In this document: piece after piece, positions 21,785 through 37,600 of the stretch
Layout: every line of letters starts with the position of its first letter
Position numbering within the stretch: the stretch's first letter is position 1
Assembly: GCA_049840735.1 (NCBI GenBank)
Contig: JASGJN010000020.1
Location: 860,720-924,719, forward strand
DNA from: Anaeromyxobacter sp.
GTDB taxonomy: Bacteria > Myxococcota > Myxococcia > Myxococcales > Anaeromyxobacteraceae
Reading direction: 5' to 3'
Length of the DNA stretch: 64,000 nt
Program-made: the position numbers and the translations under genes
The notes under the pieces: model-generated
Told to the model about the DNA's origin: nothing
Database searches by the model: none
The model's input: only the letters and a program-made list of their open reading frames with translations

Positions 21785-23815
21785 ATGAAGACCTTCGACC
21801 AGCTGGCGGCGGCATACCGGGAAGAGGCGGCGGAGCGGATCGCCGAGCTGGAGGCGGCGCTGCTGCAGCTCGAGGAGCGCCCGGCCGATGACGCCCTGGT
21901 GGACCAGGCCTTCCGGGCCATGCACACCATCAAGGGCTCCGGGGCGATGTTCGGCTTCGACGACGTCGCCGCCTTCACGCACGAGGTGGAGACCATCTTC
22001 GAGCTGGTGCGGTCCGGGCAGGTGCCGGTCTCGCGCGAGCTGATCCGCCTGACGCTCCACGCCAAGGACCTGATCCGCGATCTGCTCGAGGGCGCGGGCG
22101 CCGCGTCCGCCCCGGCCCGCGCCCACGTGGTGGCGGCGCTCCGCGCGCTCCGCCCCGGCGCCGTCCCCGAGGCCGCGCCGGGCACGGCCGGGCCGCCGTC
22201 GGTCGCGGCGCCCCCCACGCCGGTCTCCGGCCACCGGGTCCGCTTCCAGCCCGGACCGGAGCTCTTCCTCGACGGCACCAACCCCCTCGGCCTGCTGGGC
22301 GAGCTGCGCAGCATGGGCCCGTGCCAGGTGGTGGCCGACACCTCCGCCGTCCCGCCGCTGGAGACGCTCGACCCGGAGCGCTGCCACCTGGCCTGGGAGG
22401 TCTCGCTGACCACGCAGCGGGGCGCCGACGCCATCCGCGACGTCTTCATCTTCGTCGAGGACCACTGCCAGCTGCGGATCGAGCCGATCGAGGTGGCGCC
22501 GTCCGCGCTCCCTCTGGCTCCAGCCCCGGCGGCCGCCGCCGCGGCGACCGCCCCGCCCAACCTCCCGCCCCCGCCGACCGCCGAGCCGGCACCGGCGCCC
22601 GCGCCGGCCGCTGGGCCCGCGCCGGCGACGTCGGCCGCCGCGTCCCCTCCGGCGGCGAGCATCCGCGTGGCGGCCACCAAGCTCGACCGGCTGGTGGACC
22701 TGGTGGGCGAGCTGGTCATCGCCCAGGCGCGCCTGAGCCGCCTGGCCTCGCTGCGCGAGGACGCCGAGCTCCTGGCCATCTCCGAGGACGTGGAGCGGCT
22801 CTCGGCCGAGCTGCGGGACGGCACGCTGGACGTCCGCATGCTCCCCATCGGCACCACCTTCGGTCGCTTCCAGCGGGTGGTCCACGACCTCGCCGCCGAG
22901 CTGGGCAAGGAGGTCGTGCTCGAGACGGAGGGCGCGGACACGGAGCTGGACAAGACCGTCATCGAGCGGCTGGTGGACCCGCTGGTCCACCTGATCCGGA
23001 ACGCCTGCGATCACGGCCTGGAGCAGCCCGCGGCCCGCGTGGCGGCCGGCAAGCCGGCCCGCGGCACGGTGCGCCTCTCCGCCAGCCACTCCGGCGGCAG
23101 CGTCCTCATCGACATCCAGGACGACGGCCGGGGGCTGGACCCGGAGCGGATCCGCGCCAAGGCCGTCGAGAACGGCGAGATCGCGCCCGACGCGCAGCTG
23201 TCCGAGGCGGAGATCTTCGAGCTGATCTTCCGCCCTGGCCTCTCCACCGCCCGCAGCCTCTCCAGCGTGTCCGGGCGGGGCGTGGGGATGGACGTGGTGA
23301 AGTCCTCGGTGGAGGCGCTGCGCGGCACGGTCCGGGTGGAGAGCGTGCACGGCCGCGGCACCTCCGTGCACATCACCCTCCCCCTCACCCTGGCCATCAT
23401 CGACGGCCTGCTGGTCACCGTCGGCGAGGGCACCTACGTGCTGCCGCTGTCGAGCGTCGAGGAGTGCGTCGAGCTCACCGCCGCCGAGGTGGAGCGCGGG
23501 CACGGCTCGCGCCTGGCCGCCGTCCGGGGCGAGCTCATCCCCTACCTCCGGCTCCGCGAGGTCTTCGACGTGCCCGGCGAGCGGCCGGCCATCGAGGAGC
23601 TCGCCATCGTCCGCGTGGACGGCGTCCGCTACGGGCTGACCGTGGACGACGTGGTCGGGCAGCACCAGACCGTCATCAAGTCCCTGGGCCGCATGTACCG
23701 CGGCCTCCGGGGCCTCTCAGGCGCCACCATCCTCGGCGACGGCGCAGTGGCGCTGATCGTCGACGTGGCGGCCCTCATCTCCAGCATCGAGCGCAGGAAG
23801 GAGCGCGTGGCATGA
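21785..23815 (+). CDS. cheA: Chemotaxis histidine kinase CheA
   Basis: Hpt [30 protein letters not shown] and a C-terminal CheW-like domain. Confidence 0.97.
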   Translation: MKTFDQLAAAYREEAAERIAELEAALLQLEERPADDALVDQAFRAMHTIKGSGAMFGFDDVAAFTHEVETIFELVRSGQVPVSRELIRLTLHAKDLIRDLLEGAGAASAPARAHVVAALRALRPGAVPEAAPGTAGPPSVAAPPTPVSGHRVRFQPGPELFLDGTNPLGLLGELRSMGPCQVVADTSAVPPLETLDPERCHLAWEVSLTTQRGADAIRDVFIFVEDHCQLRIEPIEVAPSALPLAPAPAAAAAATAPPNLPPPPTAEPAPAPAPAAGPAPATSAAASPPAASIRVAATKLDRLVDLVGELVIAQARLSRLASLREDAELLAISEDVERLSAELRDGTLDVRMLPIGTTFGRFQRVVHDLAAELGKEVVLETEGADTELDKTVIERLVDPLVHLIRNACDHGLEQPAARVAAGKPARGTVRLSASHSGGSVLIDIQDDGRGLDPERIRAKAVENGEIAPDAQLSEAEIFELIFRPGLSTARSLSSVSGRGVGMDVVKSSVEALRGTVRVESVHGRGTSVHITLPLTLAIIDGLLVTVGEGTYVLPLSSVEECVELTAAEVERGHGSRLAAVRGELIPYLRLREVFDVPGERPAIEELAIVRVDGVRYGLTVDDVVGQHQTVIKSLGRMYRGLRGLSGATILGDGAVALIVDVAALISSIERRKERVA

Positions 23816-25872
23816 AGAAGTTCAACGACCTCGGCCTCTCCACCAAGCTCATCGCGAGCTTCATCCTGGTCGCCTGCGGCGCAGCCGCCGTGGGCGCCCT
23901 GGGCTATTTCAGCATCGTCCGCATGGAGCGCGCGGACACCTTCCTCTACGAGCGGGTCACCCAGCCGCTCAAGCACCTGGGCGCCGCGTACGGCGAGTTC
24001 CGCTCGCAGCGGTCGGACCTGTACGACGGGCTGACGGCCAGGACCCCGGCCGAGCGCGACGGGGCCTTCAAGTCGGCCGCGGAGTGCGACGGCGACATGC
24101 GCGCCGCGCTGGCGCTCTACGAGGAGACCCTGGCCGCCGGCGACGCGCGCGCCACCGAGCTGGCCGAGCTGCGGCGGCTCTACGACGCCTACGCCGCGGT
24201 GCGCGGCCAGGGCATGGACCTGATCCGGGCCGGCAACGCGGGCAAGTCGGCCGCCTTCCTCCAGGGCGAGCTGCAGAAGGCGCGCGGCCCGGTGTCGAAG
24301 CAGTTCAAGAAGATGATGGACGGCGAGACCGCCCTGGCGGAGAGCACCTCCGCCCAGAACACCGAGCTGGCCCACGCCGCCGGCAACCAGATGGTGGCCG
24401 TGGCCGGCGCGGCGCTGGCCCTGGCGCTCCTGCTGGGCATCTTCATCGCCCGCTCGCTGGCCGGGCCGGTCAAGGCGCTGGTGGCCGCGGCCAACAAGAT
24501 CGCGGCCGGCGACCTGGAGGTCGAGCTCGAGACCGGGCGGCGGGACGAGATGGGCGAGCTGGCCGGCGCCTTCACCCGCATGGTCGAGGCCATCCAGGCC
24601 CTCTCCACCGACGCCCACCAGCTGGTGGAGGCGGCCGGGAACGGCCGGCTGGCGGTGCGGGCCGACGAGACCCGCCACCAGGGCGACTTCCGCAAGATCG
24701 TGGGCGGCGTCAACGCCACGCTGGACGCGGTCATCGGGCCGCTCAACGTGGCCGCGGCCTGCATCGACCGGATCTCCAAGGGCGACGTCCCGCCGCGCAT
24801 CACCGAGACCTACCGCGGCGACTTCGACGGGCTGAAGCAGAACCTCAACCTGCTCATCGAGGCCATGGAGCGCGTCACCCGCGTGGCCCAGGAGATCGCC
24901 TCGGGCAACCTGCAGCTGGAGGTGCGCGAGCGCTCCTCGCAGGACGAGCTGATGCGGGCGCTGGCGGCCATGGTCCGCAAGCTCACCATGGTCGTGCAGG
25001 GCGTGCAGGGCGCCTCGGACAACGTGGCCTCCGGCTCGCGCCAGCTGAGCTCCTCCTCCGAGCAGCTCTCGCAGGGCGCCACCGAGCAGGCCTCCTCCAT
25101 CGAGGAGATCTCCTCCTCCATGGAGCAGATGGGCGCCAACATCCGGCAGAACGCCGACAACGCCTCCCAGACCGAGCGCATCGCGCTCAAGGCCGCCGCC
25201 GACGCCCGCGAGGGCGGCGACGCGGTTCCCCGCACCGTGGAGGCCATGAAGCAGATCGCCGCCAAGATCTCCATCATCGAGGAGATCTCCCGGCAGACCA
25301 ACCTGCTGGCCCTCAACGCCGCCATCGAGGCCGCCCGCGCCGGCGAGCACGGCAAGGGGTTCGCGGTGGTGGCCTCCGAGGTGCGGAAGCTGGCGGAGCG
25401 GAGCCAGAAGGCCGCCGCCGAGATCACCGGCCTGTCCGGCACCAGCGTGGCGGTGGCCGAGAAGGCGGGCGGGCTGCTCTCGCGCATCCTGCCCGACGTG
25501 CAGCGCACCGCCGAGCTGGTCCAGGAGATCACGGCGGCCAGCCGCGAGCAGGACAACGGCGCCGCCCAGATCACCAAGGCCATCCAGCAGCTGGACCAGG
25601 TGATCCAGCAGAACGCCTCCAGCGCCGAGGAGACCAGCGCCACCGCCGAGGAGCTGACGGCCCAGGCGAGCCACCTGCAGGCCACCATCGCCTTCTTCAA
25701 GGTGGAGGCGCTGGGGCGGGCCGAGCCGCCGCCGCCGCGCCCGGCCCGGGCCTCCGCGCCCGCGCCGCGCCCGCAGCGCGTGCTCCCCGCGCCGGCCCCG
25801 GCCGTCGCGGCGGAGGGCGTCAACCTCGACCTGGGGCCAGAGGAGCCGGAGCCCGGCTTCCGGGCCTACTAG
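23812..25872 (+). CDS. Methyl-accepting chemotaxis protein (four-helix sensor, HAMPs)
   Basis: Two TMs; [37 protein letters not shown]; ends GFRAY. Confidence 0.96.
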   Translation: MKKFNDLGLSTKLIASFILVACGAAAVGALGYFSIVRMERADTFLYERVTQPLKHLGAAYGEFRSQRSDLYDGLTARTPAERDGAFKSAAECDGDMRAALALYEETLAAGDARATELAELRRLYDAYAAVRGQGMDLIRAGNAGKSAAFLQGELQKARGPVSKQFKKMMDGETALAESTSAQNTELAHAAGNQMVAVAGAALALALLLGIFIARSLAGPVKALVAAANKIAAGDLEVELETGRRDEMGELAGAFTRMVEAIQALSTDAHQLVEAAGNGRLAVRADETRHQGDFRKIVGGVNATLDAVIGPLNVAAACIDRISKGDVPPRITETYRGDFDGLKQNLNLLIEAMERVTRVAQEIASGNLQLEVRERSSQDELMRALAAMVRKLTMVVQGVQGASDNVASGSRQLSSSSEQLSQGATEQASSIEEISSSMEQMGANIRQNADNASQTERIALKAAADAREGGDAVPRTVEAMKQIAAKISIIEEISRQTNLLALNAAIEAARAGEHGKGFAVVASEVRKLAERSQKAAAEITGLSGTSVAVAEKAGGLLSRILPDVQRTAELVQEITAASREQDNGAAQITKAIQQLDQVIQQNASSAEETSATAEELTAQASHLQATIAFFKVEALGRAEPPPPRPARASAPAPRPQRVLPAPAPAVAAEGVNLDLGPEEPEPGFRAY

Positions 25873-25885
25873 CGGGAGCCCCGCC

Positions 25886-26386
25886 ATGCCTGCCGACATC
25901 GCGCCCTCCCAGTACCTCACCTTCACCCTCGACCAGGAGCGCTACGCGGTCGAGATCGCCCGGGTGCGGGAGGTGCTGGAGTTCACCACCGTCAACAAGG
26001 TCCCGCGCACGCCCGACTTCATGCGCGGCATGATCAACCTGCGCGGCAACGTGGTCCCGGTCATCGACCTGCGGCTCAAGTTCGGCCTGGGCCCCACCCA
26101 GCGCACCGTCGACACCTGCGTCATCATCAGCGAGGTGATGGTGGACGGCGAGGCGCTGGTGCTGGGGGCGCTGGCCGACTCGGTCCAGGAGGTGATCGAG
26201 CTCGACGCCGCCAGCATCGCGCCCCCGCCGCGCATGGGCACCCGCGTGGCCATGGAGTTCATCCGCGGCGTGGGGAAGCGGGACGACCAGTTCCTGATCC
26301 TCCTCGACCTGGACCGCGTCCTGGCCGAGGACGAGCTGCAGGCCGTGGCCGCCGTCCCCGCCACGGCCCCCGCCCCCAGCGCCTGA
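25886..26386 (+). CDS. cheW: CheW
   Basis: QYLTFTL and GMINLRGNVVPVIDL motifs. Confidence 0.95.
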   Translation: MPADIAPSQYLTFTLDQERYAVEIARVREVLEFTTVNKVPRTPDFMRGMINLRGNVVPVIDLRLKFGLGPTQRTVDTCVIISEVMVDGEALVLGALADSVQEVIELDAASIAPPPRMGTRVAMEFIRGVGKRDDQFLILLDLDRVLAEDELQAVAAVPATAPAPSA

Positions 26387-26393
26387 GCGCCCC

Positions 26394-27319
26394 GTGCCGG
26401 ATCGCCTGCCCCCCTCCCCGCCTCCGCCCCGGCCCCCGGGCCCCGTCGGCGAGGCGGGGGAGGCGGGCGAGGACCGCCTGGGCGCGGGCAGCCGCCCCCT
26501 GCTCTCGGCCGCCGACTTCGCGCGGCTGGGCGCCTTCATCCAGGACCGGTTCGGCATCCGCATGCCGCCCGCCAAGCGGACGCTGCTGGAGGCGCGGCTG
26601 GCGAAGCGCGTCCGGGCGCTGGGGCTGTCCGGGTTCACCGCCTACTGCGACCTGGTCCTGGGCGGCGGTCGCACCGACGAGCTGGTCGAGCTGGTGGACC
26701 GCGTCACCACCCACAAGACCGACTTCTTCCGCGAGCCGCAGCACTTCGAGATCCTGGTGCAGACCGTGCTGCCCGAGCTCGCGGCCCGGCGCGCCGCCGG
26801 GCGCGACCGCGAGCTGCGGGTCTGGAGCGCCGCCTGCTCCACCGGCGAGGAGCCCTACACGCTCGCCATGGTGCTTGCCGAGCAGCCGGGGCTGCGCTTC
26901 AGGATCCTGGCCACCGACCTCTCCGAGGGCGTGCTCAGGCAGGCCGCCGAGGCCACCTACCCCGAGCCGCTGATCGCCCCCATCCCGCTGCCGCTGCGGC
27001 GCAAGTACCTGATGCGCAGCGTCGCCGACCCGGAGGTGGTCAAGGTGCGGCGGAGCCTGCGCGCCACCGTGGGCTTCCAGCAGCTGAACCTGCTCGCCCC
27101 GTCCTACGCGGTGGGGGGGAGGCTCGACGTGATCTTCTGCCGGAACGTGTTCATCTACTTCGACCGGCCCACGCAGGGGGAGATCCTGCGCCGCTTCGAG
27201 GCCGCGCTGGGGCCGGGGGGGTACCTGTTCATGGGCCACTCGGAGTCGATCAACGGCCAGGCGGGCGCGTTCCAGGCGGTGGCGCCCACCGTCTACCGGG
27301 TCCGCCAGGAGGGCGGCCC

Positions 27320-27323
<4 letters not shown>
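26394..27323 (+). CDS. cheR: CheR methyltransferase
   Basis: [32 protein letters not shown] and GHSES motifs. Confidence 0.95.
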
Positions 27324-30030
<2,707 letters not shown>

Positions 30031-30032
30031 GA

Positions 30033-31172
30033 TCAGTGCTTCCCGCCCTCGGGCCCCTTGGCCGCCTGCTCCTTCTTCATCACCCAGGCCTTGGCCTGCG
30101 CCTGGATGGTCTGCGGCACGTTCCGGTCGCGGGCCAGCTCCTTGATGTCCTTCTCCTGCAGCGTGAGCAGGAACTTGAGCGCCGTGGGGAGCGGGACCTT
30201 GGGGTTCTTCACCAGCGAGATCTTGATGGCGTAGGTCCGGAGGAACTCGCGGTTGGAGTAGATGTAGCGGAGCACGTCGGCGTTGACGGTGCGCGAGTTG
30301 GCCAGCGAGATCACCTCGCCGTCGGTGATGCGCGGGCTGGTGGCGGCCGCCATGCAGACCAGCTTGTTGGCGTCGCGCAGCAGGATGGTGCGCGCCTCCT
30401 TGTTGCCCAGCGTGGCCAGCTTGATCTTCTCCGAGACGCTCATGCGCATGATGCGCTGGGTGATGTTGAGCTTTTTCTGGGCGCTCTCGTCGGTCTCCGC
30501 CACCGGCGCGCCGTCCGCGCCCTCCACGGCCAGCTCGGAGGAGTACTCGGCCATCAGCCCGGCGGCGGTGTCGGCGGGGTCCACGGGCTTGTGGCTGGGA
30601 TCCACGCCGTGGATGCGCTTGTGCGCCTCGACCAGCTGCGGGACGTCGAGCAGCGTGAGGCCGTTGCGGACGCAGAAGTCGCAGGCGCCGTCGATGGTGG
30701 AGGCCAGCGCGCTGGGGTTCTGGCACAGCCCCCGGATGATCCCCTCGTGGCGCAGGATGCGGAGCTCGTTCTGGCGGACCACCTCGGAGAGCTTCTGCGA
30801 GACGGCGGGCGCCAGGCGGGCGAAGGTGTCGTCGGGCGTGGTGGGGTTGAGGAGGATCAGCTCCAGCGCGGCGTCCTTGGTGGCGAGCCGGTCGGCCAGC
30901 CAGTCCAGCACGGCGCCGGCCACGCCCTCGGAGCGGAGGGCCACGCCCCAGATCTTGTCGGGCAGCCCCTCGGCGGTCTTCACCGCGGTCTCGCGCACGG
31001 TGGCGTCGCCGTCGAACGAGAGCATGAAGAGCAGCGTGGAGAGGTCCACCGGGGCCACGGCGGGGACGAGCCCCTTCGCCCCCATCGTCCGGAGCGGCGC
31101 CGGCGCGCCGGGATCGGCGTGCTTCTGCAGCGGCTTGGGCAGCGCGTCGAGCGGCAGCGGACAGTCGGCCAT
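30033..31172 (-). CDS. Alpha-helical hypothetical protein
   Basis: Coding-like ORF in the coaX operon with KIKLATLGNKEAR...LVKNPKVP C-terminus. Confidence 0.8.
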   Translation of the reverse strand: MADCPLPLDALPKPLQKHADPGAPAPLRTMGAKGLVPAVAPVDLSTLLFMLSFDGDATVRETAVKTAEGLPDKIWGVALRSEGVAGAVLDWLADRLATKDAALELILLNPTTPDDTFARLAPAVSQKLSEVVRQNELRILRHEGIIRGLCQNPSALASTIDGACDFCVRNGLTLLDVPQLVEAHKRIHGVDPSHKPVDPADTAAGLMAEYSSELAVEGADGAPVAETDESAQKKLNITQRIMRMSVSEKIKLATLGNKEARTILLRDANKLVCMAAATSPRITDGEVISLANSRTVNADVLRYIYSNREFLRTYAIKISLVKNPKVPLPTALKFLLTLQEKDIKELARDRNVPQTIQAQAKAWVMKKEQAAKGPEGGKH

Positions 31173-31174
31173 GG

Positions 31175-31753
31175 TCAGCGGTCCTCGGGTGCGGCGGGCG
31201 GCGGCGCGGCGGGGCCGGCGGCCTCGGGCGCGGCGGGCTGGTCGATCATGCCCAGCGCCACGGGGGAGAGCTCGTAGGCGGGCGCGTGGCGGTGGCGCCA
31301 GCGGTGGCGCCACCGGCCGAGCGCGCGGTTGAGGGGGTTGCCCCGCGCCAGGAAGGGCAGCACCGGCTCGCTGCGCGTGCCCAGGGCGGCCAGCGCGGCC
31401 TGCAGCCGCGGCTCGTCCGGCCACAGGTCCAGCCCGCGGGAGACGGCCTTGACCGCCCGGTCGCGCTGGTTGAGCGCCAGGTGGACGCGGGCCAGGTTGA
31501 GGAGCAGGTCGGGCTGCACGCCGCCCAGCCGCAGGGCCTGGTCGCACAGCTGCACGCCCAGGTTGGAGTTCTTCTCCACCAGCACCAGCGTGACGCCGTA
31601 CCACGACATCATCCGCACGTCGCGGGTGTCGCGGCGGTGGGCGCGCGCGAAGGCGGCGTGCGCGGCGTCGAGGTCGCGCGCCTGGAAGGCGGCGAGCCCC
31701 TCGTCGAGGGCGGCCTGGGCGGAGGGGTCGGCGGACGGCGGGGCGGGGCTCAT
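31175..31753 (-). CDS. TPR-like protein
   Basis: Helical repeats (LLLNLARVHLALNQRDRAV). Confidence 0.7.
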   Translation of the reverse strand: MSPAPPSADPSAQAALDEGLAAFQARDLDAAHAAFARAHRRDTRDVRMMSWYGVTLVLVEKNSNLGVQLCDQALRLGGVQPDLLLNLARVHLALNQRDRAVKAVSRGLDLWPDEPRLQAALAALGTRSEPVLPFLARGNPLNRALGRWRHRWRHRHAPAYELSPVALGMIDQPAAPEAAGPAAPPPAAPEDR

Positions 31754-31757
31754 GGGC

Positions 31758-32540
<783 letters not shown>

Positions 32541-32627
32541 GGCCGGAGCCTAGCGTCGGGCACCCGGGCGGTCAATCGTGCCGTCGCCTCAGGGGAATTC
32601 GGGCTTCAGCGACGGGACCGCCAGGGC

Positions 32628-33635
32628 TTACCGCTTCCCGTCCTTCCCCCGCAGCAGCAGCACGTCGCCGGCGAGGATCCGCTCCAGGCGGCCTCCGCAG
32701 CGGACCAGCAGGGCGCCGGACTCGTCCACGTCCTCGGCCACGCCGGTCAGCTCCCGCCCCTCGGCCTTGACGACCACCTCCTGGCCCAGGGTCACGCTGC
32801 GCGCCTTCCAGGCCTCGCGGACCGCCGCGAAGCCGTCCTCGGCGTGCCGGTCCAGCCACTCCTCGAGCGAGCCGAGACAGGCCGCCAGGAACAGCGCGCG
32901 CGGCGCGGGCTCTCCGCGCTCCACGCGGACGCTGGTGGCCTCGTCGCGGAGCTCCGGCGGGAAGTCCTCGGTGCGGGCGTTCACGTTCACGCCCACCCCA
33001 AGCACCACCCACTGGACGCGGTCGGGCTCGGCCGCCAGCTCGGTCAGGATGCCGGCGATCTTGCGGCCGCCCACCAGCAGGTCGTTGGGCCACTTGATGC
33101 CGGCGCCGGGGACGCCGGCGTGGCGGAGGGCGTCGCAGATGGCGACCGAGGCCACCAGCGTCAGCTCCGGGGCGCGCGCGGGGGGCAGCTCCGGGCGCAG
33201 CACCACCGAGAAGGAGACGTTCATGCCCGGCGGCGAGACCCAGCTGCGCCCACGCCGGCCGCGGCCGGCGGTCTGGCGCTCCGCCACCACCACCTCGCCG
33301 TGGGCCGCCCCGTCCTCGGCCAGCGCCTTGGCGTGGTCGCTGGTGGAGCCCAGCTCTTCGAAGGCGTGGAGCGTCTGGCCCAGGTCGTGGGTGCCGAGCA
33401 GCGGCCGCAGCTCCAGGCCGGTCAGGCGGTCGGGGATGGCGACCAGCCGGTAGCCGCGGGCCGGGACGGCGTCGACCCGGTAGCCCTTGGTGCGCAGCGC
33501 GTTGACGTGCTTCCAGACCGCGGCGCGCGAGAGCCCGAGCTTGTCCGAGATGGCCTCGCCGGAGACGAACTCGTCCCCCGCCTCGGCGAGGAACGAGAGG
33601 ACGAGCTCCTCGGAGTCGGGCGGGTCGGGGGGCAC
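32628..33635 (-). CDS. birA: Bifunctional biotin ligase/repressor
   Basis: N-terminal HTH (SGEAISDKLGLSRAAVWKH), QTAGRGRRGRSW, KWPND and KIAGIL; GTG start inferred. Confidence 0.93.
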   Translation of the reverse strand: MPPDPPDSEELVLSFLAEAGDEFVSGEAISDKLGLSRAAVWKHVNALRTKGYRVDAVPARGYRLVAIPDRLTGLELRPLLGTHDLGQTLHAFEELGSTSDHAKALAEDGAAHGEVVVAERQTAGRGRRGRSWVSPPGMNVSFSVVLRPELPPARAPELTLVASVAICDALRHAGVPGAGIKWPNDLLVGGRKIAGILTELAAEPDRVQWVVLGVGVNVNARTEDFPPELRDEATSVRVERGEPAPRALFLAACLGSLEEWLDRHAEDGFAAVREAWKARSVTLGQEVVVKAEGRELTGVAEDVDESGALLVRCGGRLERILAGDVLLLRGKDGKR

Positions 33636-33700
33636 CGGTGCGAGATCCTCGGGGGGCGGGACCGAGGTGTCAATGGGTACCGTGATGCTGGGCGGTGAAA

Positions 33701-33756
33701 GGAGGGGGCCTGGGCGGCCCCCTCCCCCCAGCAAAGCTGGGGCCCCCCACCCCCGC
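33701..33756 (+). repeat. REP-like palindrome, family B
   Basis: GAGGGGGCC...GGCCCCCTC-CCCCAGC-AAA-GCTGGGG-CCCCCCACCCCCGC; reverse complement matches 39223-39269. Confidence 0.65.
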
Positions 33757-33759
33757 CAG

Positions 33760-34596
33760 TCAGGCCAGCTCGAACGAGATGTCCACGGCCTTGGCGCTGT
33801 GGGTGACGGCGCCCATCGAGACGAAGTCCACGCCGGTGGCGGCCACGCGCGGCAGCCGCTCCAGGGTCATGTTCCCGCTGGCCTCGAGCAGCACCCGGCC
33901 GTTCGTCCGCTTCACGGCCTGGGCGATCATGTCGTCGCTCATGTTGTCGAGCAGGACGATGTCGGCCCCGCCGGCGATGGCGGTCTCCAGGCCCAGCAGG
34001 TCGGTGACCTCCACCTCGATCCGGAACATCGCGCCCGCCCGGGCGCGCGCCCGGCGGACCGCCTCCGCCACGCCACCGCAGGCGGCGACGTGGTTGTCCT
34101 TGATGAGCACGCCGTCGCCCAGGCTGAACCGGTGGTTCTTGCCGCCACCCGCGCGGACCGCCGCCTTCTCCAGCATGCGCCAGCCGGGCGTGGTCTTGCG
34201 GGTGTCGAGCAGCCGGGTGCGGGCCCCGCCGGCCTCCAGCGCGTCCACGCAGCGGCGCGTGGTGGTGGCCACGCCCGAGAGGCGCTGGAGGAAGTTGAGG
34301 GCGGTGCGCTCGGCGGAGAGCAGCGCGCGCACCGGCCCGCGGGCGACCCCGATCACCTCGCCGCGGGCGACGCGCGCGCCGTCTTCGCGCACGAACCGGC
34401 AGGACGCGCCGAGCCGCTCGAACACGCGGGCCGCGACGGCGCTGCCGGCGAGGACGAGGTCCTCCTTCACCAGGAAGGACCCCTCGCCCTCGGAGGACGG
34501 ATCGATGGTGGCCTCGCTGGTCGCGTCGCCGAGGAGGAGGTCCTCCTCCAGCGCGAGATCCAGGAGCCGTTCTGCGTGAGCCTGGAGCTGGGGCAT
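33760..34596 (-). CDS. nadC: Quinolinate phosphoribosyltransferase
   Basis: ERTALN, DTRKTTPG, LIKDNH, LLDNM and EASG motifs. Confidence 0.96.
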   Translation of the reverse strand: MPQLQAHAERLLDLALEEDLLLGDATSEATIDPSSEGEGSFLVKEDLVLAGSAVAARVFERLGASCRFVREDGARVARGEVIGVARGPVRALLSAERTALNFLQRLSGVATTTRRCVDALEAGGARTRLLDTRKTTPGWRMLEKAAVRAGGGKNHRFSLGDGVLIKDNHVAACGGVAEAVRRARARAGAMFRIEVEVTDLLGLETAIAGGADIVLLDNMSDDMIAQAVKRTNGRVLLEASGNMTLERLPRVAATGVDFVSMGAVTHSAKAVDISFELA

Positions 34597-34605
34597 CTCG
34601 AGCTG

Positions 34606-37600
34606 CTAGCGCCCCTTCTTCCTGGCCGGCTTCTTCGCCGGCTTCTTCACGGCCTTCTTGGCCGCCACCTTCTTGGCCGGCTTCTTCGCGACCTTCTTGG
34701 CCGCCTTCTTGGCCGGGGCCTTCTTGGCCGCCTTCTTCACCGGCTTCTTCGCGGCCTTCTTGGCGGCGGGCTTCTTCGCCGTCGCCCGCTTGAGGGCCTT
34801 CCTCGCCTTGGGGCCTGCCGCCTTCACCTTCTCGACCACCGCCTCGACGGCGCTGGCGACCGCGGCCATGACCGGCTTCGCAGCCTCGGTCACCTTCTCG
34901 GTGACCTCGGCGGCCACGGACTGCATGGTGGGGGCGGCGGGAGCCGCCTCCGGGGCCTTCTGCTCGTTGTTCTCCATGGTGTCCCTCCTGTCGGAAGTGG
35001 GCTCCGCACCGGAAAGCATCGCACGATGCGCTTCGAGCTTGCTTCTTTTTTCACGCAGCTCGTCCGCCCGCGCACGGTCCTTCTCGACCACCTCGGGCGG
35101 CGCCTTCTGCACGAAGGACGGATTCTGGAGCTTCTTCTCGATTCCGGCGAGGTCCTGTTCGAGCTTCGCGAGCTCCTTCTCGACCCGGGCCGCCTCGGCG
35201 GCCAGGTCCAGGACGCCGGCCAGGTGCACCCGGAGCTCGAAGCCCGGGCCCACCGCGACGGCGGTCTGGGGCGCGGCCGGGGCGGTGTTTCCCCCCAGGA
35301 CCTCGACCGCCGCCCGGGCCAGGCGGGCCACCCGGGCCGACTCCCCGCGGACCGTCTCCAGCGCCTCGGCGTCGGCCACGGCGATGACCACCCGCGGCTC
35401 GGCCTTGGGCGGCACGTTCATCTCACCGCGCACGTTCCGGATGGCGTCCACGATGCCGATGACCGGACCGAAGCGGCGCTCGGCCGCCTCGTCCACGGGA
35501 CCCGTGCGGGGATAGTCGGCGGCAAAGACCGAGTCGGCCCAGGCACTTGCGTTCACGTGGGAGCGCAGGACGTGCCACAGCTCCTCGGTGATGAAGGGCA
35601 TGAACGGGTGGAGCAGCCGGTAGCTGGTCTGGAGGCAGTGTACCAGGACGGACTGGGCGCCTCGGCGCCGCTCAGCGTCCTCGCCGTTGAGCGCCTCCTT
35701 GGCCAGCTCGATGTACCAGTCGCAGAGCTCGCCCCAGACGAACTGGTAGACGGTCGTGGCCGCCTCGTTGAACCGGAACCCCTCCAGCGCCGCCACCGTC
35801 TCGTTCACCGCCCGCTGCAGCCGGGCCAGGATCCAGTGATCGGCGGGGGACCGGGCCATGGAGGCCAGGTCCTCGTCGCCCGCCTCGAACCCTTCCAGGT
35901 TCATCAGGGCGAAGCGGCTGGCGTTCCAGAGCTTGTTCGCGAAGGCGCGGTACCCGTCGATCCGCTCCTTGGCCAGCTTGATGTCGCGCCCCTGGGCGGT
36001 CAGGGCGGCCAGGGTGAAGCGCAGGGCGTCGGCGCCGTGCGAGTCGGTGATGACGAGGGGGTCGATGACGTTCCCCTTCGTCTTGGACATCTTCTGGCCC
36101 TTCTCGTCCCGGACCATGGGGTGCAGGTAGACGGTCCGGAACGGCACCTCGCCCATGAAGTGCAGGCCCATCATCATCATCCGGGCGACCCAGAAGAAGA
36201 TGATGTCGTGGCCCGTCTCCATGACGGAGGTCGGGTAGAAGGTCCGGAGCGTGTCGGTCTGCTCCGGCCAGCCCATGGTCGAGAACGGCCACAGGCCGGA
36301 CGAGAACCAGGTGTCGAGCACGTCCGCGTCCTGCTCGAGCGAGGTGCTGCCGCAGGTGGTGCAGGCGGACGGCGCCTGGCGGGCCACGTTCACGTGGCCG
36401 TCCGGGCAGTACCAGGCCGGGATCTGGTGCCCCCACCAGAGCTGGCGGCTGATGCACCAGTCGTGGATGTCCCGCATCCACGCCATGTAGGTGTTGGTCC
36501 ACTGCTCGGGGATGAACTTCGTCTTGCCCTGCTCCACCGCCTCGATGGCCGGGCGGGCCAGCGGCTCGATCCTGACCCACCACTGGTTGGAGAGCAGCGG
36601 CTCGAGCACCGTCTCGCAGCGCTGGCAGCGGCCGAGCGGGAGGAGGTGCGGCTTGGTCCCGCGGTCGAGCCCGCGCTCGGCCAGGAGGCGCTTCACCTCC
36701 TTGCGCGCCTCGAAGCGGTCCAGCCCGGCCACCGGGCCGGCGTTGCGGGCCATCTTGCCGTCGTTGTCGATGACGGTGATTTGCTCCAGCCCGTGCCGCT
36801 TGCCGACCTCGAAGTCGTTGAAGTCGTGGGCCGGCGTGACCTTGACCGCGCCGGTGCCGAAGGCCGGATCGACCAGGATGGCGTCGCCGATGATGGGGAT
36901 CTCGCGATCGACCAGCGGGTGGCGGACCTTCTTGCCCAGCACGGCCCGGTACCGCTCGTCCTCCGGGTGGACCGCGATGGCGGTGTCGCCCAGCATGGTC
37001 TCGGGGCGGGTGGTGGCCACCACGATCTCGCCGGAGCCGTCGGCCAGCGGGTAGGCGAAGCTCCACAGCTCGCCGGGGTGCGCCTCCTCGTGGACCACCT
37101 CGAGGTCGGACAGCGCGGTGTGGCAGCGCGGGCACCAGTTGATGAGCTTCTTCTCGCGGTAGATGAGCCCCTCCTCGTGGAGGCGCACGAAGACCTCGCG
37201 CACCGCCCGGGAGAGCCCCTCGTCCATGGTGAACCGCTCGCGCTGCCAGTCGAGCGAGGCGCCGAGCGCCTTGTGCTGCTCGCCGATGCGGGAGCCGAAC
37301 TTCTCCTTCCAGGTCCAGACCCGGCGCAGGAACTCCTCGCGCCCCAGGTCGTGGCGGCTCTTGCCCTCGGTCTTGACGAGGTCCTTCTCGACGATCATCT
37401 GCGTGGCGATGCCCGCGTGATCGGTGCCGGGGAGCCAGAGCGTGTTGAACCCGCTCATGCGCTTCCAGCGGATGAGCACGTCCTGCAGCGTGGCGGTGAG
37501 CGCGTGGCCGAGGTGCAGCGAGCCGGTCACGTTGGGCGGCGGCAGCACGATGGAGAAGGGCGGCCGGGTCCGGTCGTGCTCGTCGCCGTGGAAGTAGCCG

